From the human T2T-CHM13v2.0 reference genome, Homo sapiens, in the NCBI RefSeq assembly GCF_009914755.1, contig NC_060931.1: a DNA stretch of 64,000 nt; one strand, written 5' to 3'. Below are positions 14,805 to 27,975 of this stretch, piece by piece; position 1 is the stretch's first letter; each line of letters begins with the position of its first letter. The notes below the pieces were generated by a model. That model saw nothing but the letters and a program-made list of their open reading frames with translations, made no database searches and had not been told where the DNA came from. The position numbers and the translations under genes are program-made.

Positions 14805-16835
14805 TTAGTCATAAAATACCTATTTCCAATTCAAAACTCACACTCAGTTTTCTGTTTTTAAACCACTGTCATGCATATGCAAATGTAAATTCAGCCATGG
14901 GCTGCAAGATTGGCCAATATTAACTAAGGAAAAACTTATACTAAAAGCATTTGTGTGAACCTTATATTCACTTGCAAAGCTATTTGGCATAAAATAAGAG
15001 TTAGACCAATAACAAAAGAAAATATTAGAAGTCACAGGTCTCAACATAGAAGATTTAAGTAGCACAAATGTAACTAATTAATAACATCTGAAGTACATTC
15101 TCCCACAGGACTGATGACCATCTGGTTGACCTTGCCCTAGATCAACAGGGAAGGCAAACCTGTAAATCACTGTTTTACAAATGTTATTACTCCATTATTT
15201 CACCACAAGAAAAAGGGATGGAACATGAATGGGAGAAGAGACTCATTGCTCTACACACCTTGAAATTGCCTATGATGCTTATTGCACCGGAAGTAACACA
15301 AGACTGAGTGGTTTCTTCTCAAGTTCCACCCAGAGAGAGACAGGCAGAGGACCAAGTTACAGTGATGGAGAAGAATTCAAGACAAAAGAGCCAGTAGGTA
15401 AAGTAATTACGAGAGAATCTAAAGGTACTTAGAGATATAAAACAAGTAATGCAAATGACCTCTGTCTAATACAACTTGAAACTATCTGAATTTCTGCAAA
15501 ACACCTTTCAGTTGCTGATTTTTTATTGGAAAACAGTAATAGAACTTTAGAAATACGAACTAGAAGTATATGCCACATGTATTTAAATATATACTCTTAA
15601 ATACATTAACCCCATACAAAGCTCTATATTTTGATGTTGAGAATAAACTACTTTGGAGGAAACTTAAAAACCTACTTGGTACAATAGTCAATGAGTCATC
15701 ATTTGACTAATGAGAAACTTTAAATAATAATAAATTTGAACAGGCATTTCAAGCAGGTACACTGTGAAATCTCCTAAGAAAACTGTATTGAACCAAGGTT
15801 TAAAATTTGTACATTTTGACAACTGTTTTCGCCTGATACTTTCCCTATAACTTGTCTATGTAGTTCATTGTAGGAATGTTTAAAATTATTGAGTTACCAA
15901 TCGTGCAATTTTATTAGATGTATTCTCACTGTTGATACATCTCTTTTAAACAGTATTCAAAACAAGTGATTTTCTATCTCTCTGATTATTTGCTCTGTTT
16001 TTCTCTCACTTCCTAAGAGTACCAGTAATACACCTGAGAAGAACAAAATATCAGGAATTATAGAACTTTGAGATCAACAACTCATGTCATATTCTACATA
16101 AGTTACAAATCAAGGCAAGTCTTATTCTGCAAGAATCTGTTTTAAGTTTGAGTGCATTTAAAATATTAGGCATATATTATTTTAAATCCCATCATTACTT
16201 CTAGTCACTGTATAGCATAGCTGTCACTGTCTTATACAGTTCTGAAGTCTGGTTCTAAAAGATTATACTATGTAATTTCCTTCTGTAAAATATGAATTGC
16301 AATTGCTTTTTCAAATACAGAATTGGTTCATTATCTCTAGTAACACACTTTTTGTTGATATTTACATTAGTTTGGATTAATTTTCATGTAATGGAAAAGA
16401 AAGCAGGTAGAGACATCTAATCTATTAGGTCACTCCATCTCTATATATACTAGGAGAAATATAGAAAATAGAGGGGAAATTGCACTACTTCTTAATGCCC
16501 TTTCTCTTTTATTTGAAAACGTATTTCATAGTTCTAACTTGGGAGGAAAAGTGTGGGTAGTCTGTAAGATGTTTTAGTAATTAAGGGGCTAAAAAGGATA
16601 CCTCAAAGGGTCTGTTTTTCCATTCTTCACAACTTAACTGCATAGCTATGGGTTTTAAGGGGAAATGCCTTGCATGGAGGCTAAGGAAGCAATTAGAAGC
16701 TCACACATTCTAAGTTCCAAATATGGCTCCTTCGGTGCTTATGACAACCTTGGGGAAAGCACTGGTGACTTAAAAAGAAAAAAAGGACAGCCATTTGACT
16801 GGCAAGTGTCAGTCATTCTGCTATTTGAAATTTGA

Positions 16836-17148
<313 letters not shown>

Positions 17149-18037
17149 CTATAGAAAGGTCTGAGAATATATTGTTTATCAAATGAAAGAAAAAGTACTT
17201 GCAATGACACTAAAGTTTATGCAGAGAGTTGAAAGAAGTAATAAAATTATAAATGACCTTGATTGGCAGGATGGTGTTCCTCATCCATGTCTTGCTCCAT
17301 CTGTCCAATTAGTATGGGTTACTTGACTAACCAAATTCATTCATCTGTAAGTCCTTTGAACTATATACATTAAAGCTCATGCAAACCATTCCCTCAGAAG
17401 ACCTTGCACCTTTTATGTATGTGAAAATCTGAAATCACACCCATTTCCCTAAGCTTCTGAGAACATTTGTATACAACAACCATCAAAAGCATATTTCCAA
17501 TTATTCTTTTAGGTCCTTTTCAATTAATTAGGGGACTATGCCAATCTCAGGAAATCCTTGTGGAAAAAGAAGAAACACCATTAGAACAACACACGGAGTA
17601 ACCAGTTTTGAGACTAATGCCCAAAAAATTAATTGGGAGAATTTTTTAGTAATTGAACCTGCATAGCTCTCTCTGCTGCTGAGGATTAGCACAAAGGGGC
17701 AATTTCTTAACATTACCAGGTGAACAGTAAGATCAAAGATGCTAGGCTTTGAGCTCGTGCCCATCTCCTCTGTGAGTACACAGGCAAGCACAGAAGAATT
17801 ATTTTACAAAAAGCAGCATATATTATAAGCATTTTCATAAATACCTCAAATCCAACAGAGGATCTTTGTCTATTAACCAATCATTTAAAATAGCTATTGT
17901 CCTCCAAAACGCAGCCCAGTAAATATTTTTAAAATTAATATCCAGTAATATTTATACTCTTAATTTCTGAATCTGGATAAGGAAGATAACAAAACTTAAA
18001 ATAACATTTTTCCCAGAGTGTTTATCAACTCTCTTAC

Positions 18038-18140
18038 CATCAAATGTTAAATAAACTCTTGCTTGGGGCTGGGAAGATCCTTTCACACAGATAGAACAAA
18101 TAAATACTCCAACCAACACGCAAATTGTCCGGAATGCCAT
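18038..18140 (-). CDS. SEMA3C: Semaphorin-3C first coding segment (signal peptide and start of mature protein); CDS continues in exons beyond the left edge of the window
   Basis: Translates MAFRTICVLVGVFICSICVKGSSQPQARVYLTFD, recognised as the SEMA3C N-terminus. ATG in strong context (GAAATGG). Ends after 103 nt at donor GATG|GTAAGAG (phase 1). Confidence 0.97.
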
Positions 18141-18178
18141 TTCTTCAGATATGCAAGTTAATATCCAAGGGAAAATAC
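18038..18178 (-). other. SEMA3C: SEMA3C exon 2 (141 nt: 38 nt 5'UTR + 103 nt CDS)
   Basis: Acceptor TCTCTCTTAAAG|GTATTTTC (AG at 18180-18179); donor G|GTAAGA (GT at 18037-18036). Confidence 0.93.
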
Positions 18179-20186
18179 CTTTAAGAGAGAGACAACATGT
18201 TTGTTATATCTCATTTCACATTTTAGGAGTAGGAAAAAACAGCAATCTAGACAAAACACCCTATTCACAAAAGAACCATCTGAACTTTTACAGTAATGCA
18301 AACAGTAGGAGGTGCTGTGTCTTTGCTTCTCAGATGTGAAAATGTGGATTTGATTCATTTGTGTCTGGAAGTCTTTGCAACAAGAGAAACTTTCATCTTC
18401 CAGCAAATTGATGCTACCATCAAAACAGAACAAAGCAGTGAAGAAAAACACTGATACCCAAAGGAAAGCCCAATATTTTAACGGATCTTCTCTCTAGAAA
18501 TCCATTACATTAAAAAGACTTGAATAGAATTGAGCTAAAAGAATATTACTGGATGAGAACTCTTTCCCCCCACTAACGTAACAGCAGCAGCAAAATCTCA
18601 CATGAGCATTCATGTGTACCTACTCACTTCAATAGTCATTAGCTCTTTTGGAGTAATTGTCTCTGGAAGTGGTGTTTCCTTACATAAATCTATGTGTGCT
18701 CAATCCTGGATCACTGAAGTCACTGGAATCAGTTATCTGCCATTTTATCCAGATGACCAACAGGCAGTTGTTAAATGATGCAGTTGAGGTAACCATGGAC
18801 TAGTGCCAAATTCAAACCAATGACCTAGTGGTGAGCAATCCAGTGAGCCATGTATCCACCAATGCATATTTTAAATAAATCAACCAGAATGTGGGCTGTC
18901 AAAATTCCCAAAGATAAATCAAAGAGACAGGTGTCACTGCTTCAAACTATAGATATAAAATTGGTACATGCTATTAACTAATATCTGAATCCCAAGGAAG
19001 ACCAGATAATGTGTTACCATAAACCTACAGGAGCTCTAGTGGCTACATCATGTAAAATAAACTCAGGACCATTAAAGAAACACAATCATCTTGCTTCTAC
19101 CATAATTACACAATAAAGTGACCCAAGAGTCCAGTAAAGAAATTTATTTTTACAGGTTACAACAATGCTGATCTTCATTATTTGGCTTTTCAAATTAAAA
19201 TTTCATAGTCAAAATTATTAAATTCTTTGTAAGAACCACTAACAACTGAAAAAGACAGCTTCATTAATACAGAATAAAAAGAATTAAATGGAATATGCAA
19301 TTTTAAACAAAAATTGTAAGTAGATTTCCTAGGTGGTGCATATGTTATGAGAGTTAGAAATGAAATTGTACGCTTCTTTTACCACACAGATGGAGGAAAC
19401 TCTAGAGATGTTTGTGTTGGTAATTTTCAAAAGAAACAGTTTCTTCCTGCTTCCACAACCTCTTCACCCTGTCATCCCTAAATTAACTTAGAAAGAAACT
19501 GATTTTATGGGTGACTTTCCCTCAGTAATTTACCCCTTGGTTCTGTTGACTTCATAGTTAAAGCCAAAAGAAAAAAACTATTAATATGCCTAACCTTTGT
19601 TATGTTTACTGAGCAAGTTGATATTATTTACACATTTTTTTTACATATTGGTATCTTACCTTATATGTTTCTCCCAAAAGTACATATACAACCAATTGCA
19701 AAGAATACTGGTGATACAATGGCAGGTGAAACGAAGATAGTCTACAGGGCAATTTGATTTACATCCCACCTAGTGATGAGGAGTGAAAGACTGAAAGCCA
19801 AGTGTCTTAAATACACCCCCGCCTCCCCAACAGTATCTTACAACTTCTTCCCTTTAACTCAGACACAGACGTTCCTCTTGGTGTTTTCACTTCTGCTGAT
19901 CGCAAACTAACAACACATTAAGAAAAGAATTCTCTTATCTCCTCTGGAGCAATTTTGCCTTTGAAGGCACTGTAATACTCAACTTGAAACTCTCCGCAGG
20001 TGTCACCGCCTAAAGAAACAACTCGAGCAGGGCTCTCAGCAAGGGGAAAGCTTCCCTGACAAACCGCGTGTGTTCTTAAGAAAATGTCCAGGCTTGAGCA
20101 TACCAATGTATGAAAAATCAATATACAGGCCAAAAAAGTTATACTTTGCTAAATCTGTAATGCGGAAAATGACCAATTTAGCTTAC

Positions 20187-20410
20187 CGAGGTTGAAAGAA
20201 ATCAGCACGGAAAAGTCATCAGTTTGCTACCGGGGTTGGATGCGCTTGTGTCTCCAGTCCTTTTCCCAGACGACCTTATTTTCTAGCACGTCGCAAAGGT
20301 GAAATTCTTTCTTCCCGGTCCTCTGAGTTTCTTTGTAAAGGAATCTCAGCGCTGCAGTGCCGCGGCACCCGGAGCTCTTCTCCGCGTCGCTCAATCAAGC
20401 ACCTCGGAGT
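20187..20410 (-). other. SEMA3C: SEMA3C non-coding exon 1 (5' boundary/TSS approximate)
   Basis: Donor CTCG|GTAAGC (GT at 20186-20185) at the downstream edge of the CpG island, 2.0 kb from the exon 2 acceptor. Confidence 0.8.
20202..20219 (-). other. Short upstream ORF (MTFPC*) in exon 1
   Basis: Minus strand ATG ACT TTT CCG TGC TGA; weak Kozak context (CTGATGA). Confidence 0.6.
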
Positions 20411-20765
20411 GAATGGAAAGTGGCCGGAGGCCGGGGGCGAGCGCTCTTGGTGTCCGATTACAGCGCCGCGGCGCGCGGCTCCGGCTGCCCCGGCGCGCCG
20501 CCCAGCAGGCTCGCATCACCACCGCGCAGCCCCGGCCGCATCTCCGCCAGCCGCGAGGCCCCACCCCGAGCGCGCCCGCGAGAGCCTGGCAGGGAGCCGC
20601 GGGGGCGGACCGGGCGGGGCCGACCCTTAGAGCTCGCGGCTGGCCAGACGCAAGAATGCGCGGCCGCAGGCTGGAGCCCTAGCTCCGCAACCCTGCTCCT
20701 TTCGCAGTCCGCGGCGGAGTGAGCAACTTGCTGGGTGCGCTCCACGGTTTTTGTTGCCGGCGGCT
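20350..20765. promoter_or_regulatory. SEMA3C: CpG-island promoter of SEMA3C with tandem GC boxes
   Basis: Only dense non-Alu CpG/GC-rich segment in the window. GGGGCGG/GGGCGGGG Sp/KLF boxes at 20601-20620. No obvious TATA box. Confidence 0.9.
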
Positions 20766-20918
20766 CTCGAAGACTTACACAGGCTTTGCCTGGCCGTAAA
20801 TATCAAAGTGCAAAGCAGTTGTGGTTTTTTATTTTTGCCAGGGAAGGATCACTGCAGCCTTTTAAGGCAAAGAGATGCGTTTTTAAAAGGACGTGAGTTT
20901 TGTCCTTATTCTGCTGCG

Positions 20919-21220
20919 TTTTTTTTTTTGTTTTTTGTTTTTTGTTTTTTGTTTTGTTTTTGGAGAGGGAATCTCACTCTGTCGCCAGGCTGGAGTGCAG
21001 TGCAGTGGTGTGATCATGGCTCACTGCAACCTCCGCCTCCCGGGTTCAAGCGATTCTCCTGCCTCAGCCTCCTGAATAGCTGGGACTACAGGCTCCCACC
21101 ACCACGCCCAGCTAATTTTTGTATTTTTAGTAGAGACAGGGCCAGGATGGTCTGGATCTCTTGACCTAATGGTCCGCCCGCCTCAGCCGCCCAAAGTGCC
21201 GAGAGCCACCGCGCCGGGCC
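20919..21220 (-). mobile_element. AluS(c)-like immediately upstream of the promoter CpG island
   Basis: (TTTTTTG)n tail, two short internal deletions, GCAGT duplication. Confidence 0.92.
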
Positions 21221-23624
21221 TCTGTTGCGTGTTTTCTAAAACAGGTCAAGATAAACGACAATCTTGTTGCACAAGTGTATCCTTTTAATGGGTATTGTTT
21301 CCTATTGAGTTTCCTTAATGCCCTGAAAGCAGTAATTCTGTTGACCCCTCCACGTTGACTCATATCCAGTACGTTGTCCCCAACCATACTCCCAAACATA
21401 ATTACACGAAGAAATTATTTGACAATTCTATGTGGAGAGGCTGTTCTGAGTTATGCCAACAGATTGCCATAACCACACATCTACAGAAATACATCAGAGG
21501 TATTTTTCCAGCATTACTTTCAGGTACACTCGTTAAACTCTGGAACTGACTTTGATGTTTAAGTGAAAATTACTTCTCGGGACCACAATAAACTAGATGT
21601 TTAAACATCGGGAGAAATGAGCTTTGATCCCCATAAAACAAGCAGGCACTTGCTTAAAATCACTGTGGGGCACAGCCCAGCAGATGTCACTCTACAGAAG
21701 GAACGTGGAGTGTAATATCTCCACCTTATACCTGACAATTCACATAATGAAACAATCATTAAATTCTTATAAACTGTATCATAGAAAACCCCTCTGGGGG
21801 TGCAAAATCATTGTTCAGTGGGAAAGTTGAATGAAATCTCAGGTAGGAGGAAGAGGTGAGTGAGACACATCTTTCATGTGTCTGGGGCCCACCTCTTGTG
21901 TTCAGTAAACATACACGTGTCTCAGACTCACGCTGCATAGTCAAGGAACGAAGGATCAAGTCAAATAATGCAAATTGATGAGTTCAAAAATACTATTCCA
22001 GGGCTAATATTATCTCCAAACGTCAAAAAATTAATATAGTAACAACAGTTAAAATTATTTTTTGTGATGATGCGTGAGAAGATCCTTGACATAAATTTGT
22101 AATAAGGAATTTAACCCCCCAAAAACTGACAATATTAAAATCCAGATGTCAATGTGAATAAGCACTGTGCGTGCTTCTCTGAAATACTTCTGAAACTGAG
22201 TAAGATCCAGGTTATATACTCTCCACTATTATCCTCCTTCTGATATCTCATTCGGCATTTATATATTAAGCAGGGAGAAGAATAAATCATTAGAAAGATG
22301 AGTGTGTGGATTAAATTAATTTAGAAATGTGGAGCTGTTAGAAATTGATCAACAAATTCACGTAAGATGGAATTCGTTTATACATTTTAAGTTTGAGAAA
22401 ACCACGATAAAGAGTTGCAAGATGAAATGCATCTCAAACGGTGTATTTACAAAGGAGCTTAATTCCAAACTCAATTTACAAACACCAATGAATTAGCTCA
22501 ATCTGTTACACATTCAGGGGTTTGGAGGCCTTGACAAATAGCTTAGATTTAATCACAGCCCATGAAATTTGTGCCGAAATTCCCTCAATATTGCTCAAAT
22601 AAACCTCTTTTCAATGTGCTCCTGGGATTTAATGGTATTTGCTTAGCTCTGAGACGTTTACAGTTGGCCACACCTCAAAATGAATCATAAAAATACTGAT
22701 AGGCTTTAGCCAAGATAGATTCAAGCGCAAGGACACAGTGCTCATGCTTGCCAGAGACTTAGGCCACAGAGTGGAATTTTAACAGTGGCACTAGAAGCCC
22801 CTAAGATTAATCTCTGCCCACATTTCCCCACACTGCTTAAAACACCTTGACAAAACAAGACTTGCCTAAGAAACATTTCTGGGCACTACCACTTTTTTAA
22901 GACTTCAGCTTTGACTGTCCTTACAAGTGGAAAACAACAGCTAATTGAGAACGCTGTTTTCGGTAAGGGGGACACTAAATGGATCTACAGGAGTAGTGGC
23001 ACAACTAAATTTAGAGAGCACTAATTACAATGTTTGCACCCAGCAAAACGTTTCAGACGAGCGGCCAAACTAAAATACTTAGGATAACTTTTATTAAGAC
23101 GTTTTAGAAATGGTGCAGTATCTTACACACTGAAGTGTCTCTGCCTGCCAAGGTGTAGTGGGCATATTTTTAATATTTTATGTTTTTGATGGTCCTGAGG
23201 AATGCTATTTAACTTAAAACTCTAGCACCGATGTTGAGTTACATACTTTTCTCCAGGAGTTTCTGCAGCTATACATTATCTTATTTCAAATTTAAAGAAA
23301 ACAGATTTTTCCCTATTATACAGATGAGTCATGTAAATAAACTTTACCCTAACCAGAGAATATTAATCATTCAGAGGTTAAAAATTGTCTTATTATTTAG
23401 TCATAAAAACTGATATTTGTAATAGAAAATAGATTGTGTATTTGCGAGGTACTTTGCTTATTATCTGCATAGCATTCTTTAATGAAGTTACAATTTTCAA
23501 TGAGAGAACGTTGAAGGTTTGCCCAAAGTCAAATGGGTAGTAAATATCAGAATAGGAAGAGAAACTCAAGCGTGATTGCCGTAATGTCTCAGGTTTTTCA
23601 ATAAGTTTCAATACTTCCTCTTAC

Positions 23625-23640
23625 CTTTTTTGCTTAACAT
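23625..23640 (-). CDS. SEMA3C: Coding part of an upstream alternative first exon (MLSKK+G); spliced to exon 2 it gives an 18-aa N-terminal extension
   Basis: ATG TTA AGC AAA AAA G|GTAAGAG: near-consensus donor, A at -3. 16 nt + 38 nt of exon-2 UTR = 54 nt, stop-free and in frame with the main ATG. Confidence 0.7.
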
Positions 23641-25094
23641 TTTTCTCCTCTTTTCTACTTCCCTCTCTTTCTCCTTCACTCAACTTCCATATGCCATCCT
23701 TTTAAGTTTCCTGAACTGTATCTTTGGAAAGTCTCAACTTCCAATGGTTACTTACTTTATTTACATCAGCCTTACGTCTCCTTGGGTTACATTAGCAGCT
23801 CTGAGACCAAGCCGGTCAAACAGGTCTGGTCTAGAAATCTGTGTGTGAAACTGCTACCTGCACAGCAAATAGGCTTTAATATTTCCTCTATCAAATCATT
23901 TCTAATTTTTCAATAAGATGAGTGTATCTCTATTTTCATTCTTAATCTATTGCTAATCTGTATTGCTGACTGTTTTTTCTCTGTTGATATGTACCACTCT
24001 ATGCTTCTCAAATTGTAGGGTTCTTGACATTAAACAAAATAAACTGGCAACAGTGGTTTGCTCTGGAGAGGAAAATTGGCTAGAAAGGTTTCATGGTTCA
24101 CTCTGTTTTACATTTATAATTTTAAACGAGGTGAGTGTATAAGCTATTACAAAGTTCAAAGTTTAAGTCCTCAGTATTTCCTTAAACACCTTTAAACATA
24201 TCAAGTATGTTAAGCGCAATATTTCGCAACTCAACCAAAATAAAAGCATATTGCCTCTAATGTTTATATATTACAATATTTCATGTAAAAGTAGAATAGT
24301 AAAGAATTTCAGTAGTAAGAATCCCTTAGTGAATTTACTTCCTTAGTACAAAAATGTCATGTGTGCATGACAAAGGTTGTAATAGAGTTATTATGATCAT
24401 TCACATTTTCATCACAAGGACAAAATGTAAACTTTCTATTTGTTTTGCCTTCTTGGAATATTTCATGTGAAGCCTCAGTGAGGACAGAGTATATGTATTT
24501 GAGATTATATACAACTGCAGTTGCAGAGAATCCCACAGTTAATGTTTGCTAGTGGAGTATATGCACACCCATCCACAGTCACGTCTTGAGGAAAGCCAAC
24601 AGCTTTTATGAATCATATTGGATCTGAAGCTCTCTGTCTCTACACCTGGAAGACCAAAACCACTTCCCATATCTGTTCTCACAGGAGAGCCATAAGAGGC
24701 CTGCATAAGTGCCTCTGATTGTCAGACGCATGTAATGAGGCTCAAAAATAATAACCAGCTGGAGCAATGAATGCAGGACTGTTAGTTACGGCTAATTGAC
24801 TCCCATCTACAGCCCTTCGAAATGGGCAAGGGCCTTTCCATGTAATCTTCAGATTTTACTATTGTTATCCTCTTCTTGGACTTTAAATGGTTGACTAGAA
24901 AGTGGAGTATTAAATTGTGCAAAGAACTTTCACATCCTAGCAGATGCATTCTCATAATGAAAGTCACATGAGAAATCCTGCTGTCTTCTCTAACAGTGAT
25001 TTCCAGGAGGTAGAGGGGGCTGTGTAGGAAATTTGCAAAGAATCAACCACTTATTCAGTTTATTTGATTTATTTTTAGTCATGAGGCTTTGAAA

Positions 25095-25315
25095 TTTTTT
25101 TCACTTTTAAGTTCAGGGGTACATGTGCAGGTTTGTTATATAGGTAAATTAATGTTAGAGGTGTTTGTTGTACAGGTTATTTCATCACCCAAGTACTAAG
25201 CTTAGTATCCATTAGTTGTTTTTCCTGATCCTCTCCCTCCCCACGTCCTCCCCTCTCTGATAGGCCCCAGTGTGTGTTGTTCCCCTCTATGTGTCCATGT
25301 GTTCTCATTATTTGT
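25095..25315 (-). mobile_element. L1PA/L1PB (older primate) 3' end fragment
   Basis: TTTTAAGTTCAGGGGTACATGTGCAGGTTTGTTA...GGCCCCAGTGTGTGTTGTTCCCCTCTATGTGTCC. Confidence 0.85.
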
Positions 25316-27266
25316 GGCATTTAATAACTTTAAAGAAGGATATAGAATTTTCATTATTCAACAAATATGACATAATTTAAGATATAAAGCTCTTGGAATA
25401 TATTTCAATTAAATATTTTTCCTTGATCAATTTTCTTCACTGCAATGGACTCGTTGAACTTTAGACCAGAGATGTACTAGAAGGAGCAACATGATTTAAA
25501 GGGCATGCATTATTAATAGACATTTGAGGAAGTGTATTTCTTTCATCTCCCTAACAGCCCTGAAAAAGAAGATATAAGTACCTCCATCATGCAAACAAGG
25601 AAGCCAGTCAGAAATTTGAGGTGCTTTCCCCTACTTTGGTCCCTAGGCAATAAATTCAGGTCTGCCTGTCCCACAGTCCATGTGTTTCCTGCTTTCTACC
25701 ACCTCTTGGCAAACACATCTAATAAAAAGCTCAGTAAATAAGAAACGGGAGTGGAGACTTTTACTTTCCTCCTAGGCTCTTTAGGTCCTGAAGAAGGTTT
25801 TCTGTTTTACTTGGATGTTTATCACATTACATTTCAGATTTGAATGATAAATACAGACATTGTATCTTCACTCAAATTATAGACAGCTCGAGAGCAGAAA
25901 CAGTGTCTAATTCTCCTTAGTATCCTTTAGAATACGAAGAACCAAGATGATTAATGAACAGCTTTGGCAGATAAATGGAGAAGGGGTTCAAGGAATATGG
26001 GTAGAAGCAAAGAGAGAATCAACAGCAAATTGACCACGTAAATGATTACACATTATAAAACAGAAAATCATACAAGTTATTTTATTACCCATCCAAGTAC
26101 ATTTATAGTTATATAAATTAAATCTATTCTCTTTAAATATCTAGTTTGTTACTCATGTAAATACAGTAAATGAAAACCCAGAAACAAATTTGCACAGTGG
26201 ATTCAAGACTAAGTAACAGGAAGTTCATCAATATCAAGTGTAATTTTAAAATTAAAAGTCGCAGGTAACCTGTTTGCAAATTGTCACCAGGGTTACTGAA
26301 GTCTTTTGTTCATGTACTGAAGGATAAAGTTGCAGCTTATTTCCATGGCTCATACAGTCTCTTTCCACTGCTTGGGTCAAGGTTAATTCTTCACCCCTTC
26401 TCGCTCATTCCTTCCCCTGGCACCTTAAATTCTGTGTGTATCTGATGTCCTACCTGACCGTTGTTTGACTACACTATTCCTCCTCACACTTCCGTGGCTT
26501 TGCAAATGCTCCTCTATCTTTAATACATCCTCTCTATAGTATAATCCTTTTTTTTAATCCTAAGCAAAATTAATCAAGTCCTAGATGTCATATATAGAGT
26601 TGTAACTATATCAATTTTGATGTCAAATAAATTTACATGTAAATCACCAATTCCTAACCTACTAACTATATATGTTGGGTATTGTTTGATTTCCACTTCT
26701 AGTGTTGTTATTTGTAAAATGAGAATTAAAGCAACTACCTTTAGGTTTATTGGTTAAAAACTATAATGTGTTAGTTAAATACTACAATGTGTGTGAACAC
26801 CTCTCTCACTTTTGTATTGTCTTAAGTTTTTCAGGTATATCATTTCATGTTACAATTATGTGAAAATTTTCTCCATTGACTCCCAACAGCTCCAGAGTAG
26901 GACATAGGAATCTTAGACATTGTAGCCAGCTAAAGCCAAGTCTTGCCACATGGTGACAGCTGAATAAATGGTTGATCAATTAATTAAACTGATCTTTTCT
27001 TTTAATGATGATTTGAGGACCTTGAAGATCCAAATATCTTATCGTCACTGAGACTGTGGCATTTCAACACATGTGATTTCTTATAGGATTCTTAAGTAAT
27101 CACTTTCCAAGGTTCATAATTTTACTCCAAAGGTAATTATGTTTGTATTATCCCCTTTAGACCACATTTAAATTTTATTTTGAGTCTGTAAAAACTTTGG
27201 GAACATTTGAACTGGTTTGATTCTTGATAATCAGCTGCTACAGGAACAGGTGGTTTGGATTAATTC

Positions 27267-27557
27267 TTTTTTTTTTTTTTTTTTTGAGACAGGGTCTTGC
27301 CTAGGCTGGAGGACACTGGTGTGATCATAGCTAACTTAAGTGCAGCCTCAACCTCTAGGGCTCAAGCAATTCTCCCACCTTAGCCTCCTGAGTAGCTAAG
27401 ACTACAGGCATGCACCACCATGCCCAGGTATTTTTTGTGAGACAGTGTCTCCTCATGTTGCTCAGGCTGGTGTCCAACTCCTGCTGGGCTCAAGTGATCC
27501 TCTTGCCTATGCCTTCCAAAGTTCTGAGATTACAGGCACCAGCCACCGTGCCCAGCC
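27267..27557 (-). mobile_element. AluJ-like
   Basis: T-tail plus diverged Alu dimer. Confidence 0.92.
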
Positions 27558-27975
27558 TTAAATTCTCTTTTAAGTTTTAAAAATTAAGATTCAGAAATTA
27601 CGTTTTTAATTTTCTGGTAACAGATTAGAATAAGATTCCCTCAAGATCGTATCACAGTAAAAATAAAAAGAAAATATGATTACAAAGAAACTAGTAGCAA
27701 TTCCTGGCATAGAAAGGAAAAAAGTTTTCTAGTACATAAATTCAATATAAATTTATTTTTTCTCATGTTTCATTGTGGATTTCTTCTACTAAAGTCTCAA
27801 TTTAAGGCAACAAAAACATAATTCTTTAAAACCTAAATTACCTAATTGTATTTTTATATTTTCATCTATTCTGTAAGTTTCCAGCTCAAGTTTTTTCTTT
27901 ATTTTTTAGGTAGATAGCATTTAAAATAATCCATATATAAGAATCTGGAGTTACCTAATGCATATATAATAACAT

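Noticed and set aside
15692-15698. AP-1 TGAGTCA motifs (several in the window)
   Set aside because: A 7-mer occurs at about this frequency by chance in 64 kb; no supporting context.
17952-18037. C-terminal 28 aa of the 62-aa ORF (GKRVDKHSG...)
   Set aside because: Read-through past the exon-2 donor into the intron; not SEMA3C protein, and I saw no nearby poly(A) signal supporting a truncated transcript.
20357-20745. Overlapping Arg/Pro/Ala-rich ORFs on both strands
   Set aside because: Expected from stop-codon scarcity in a CpG island; no recognisable domain.
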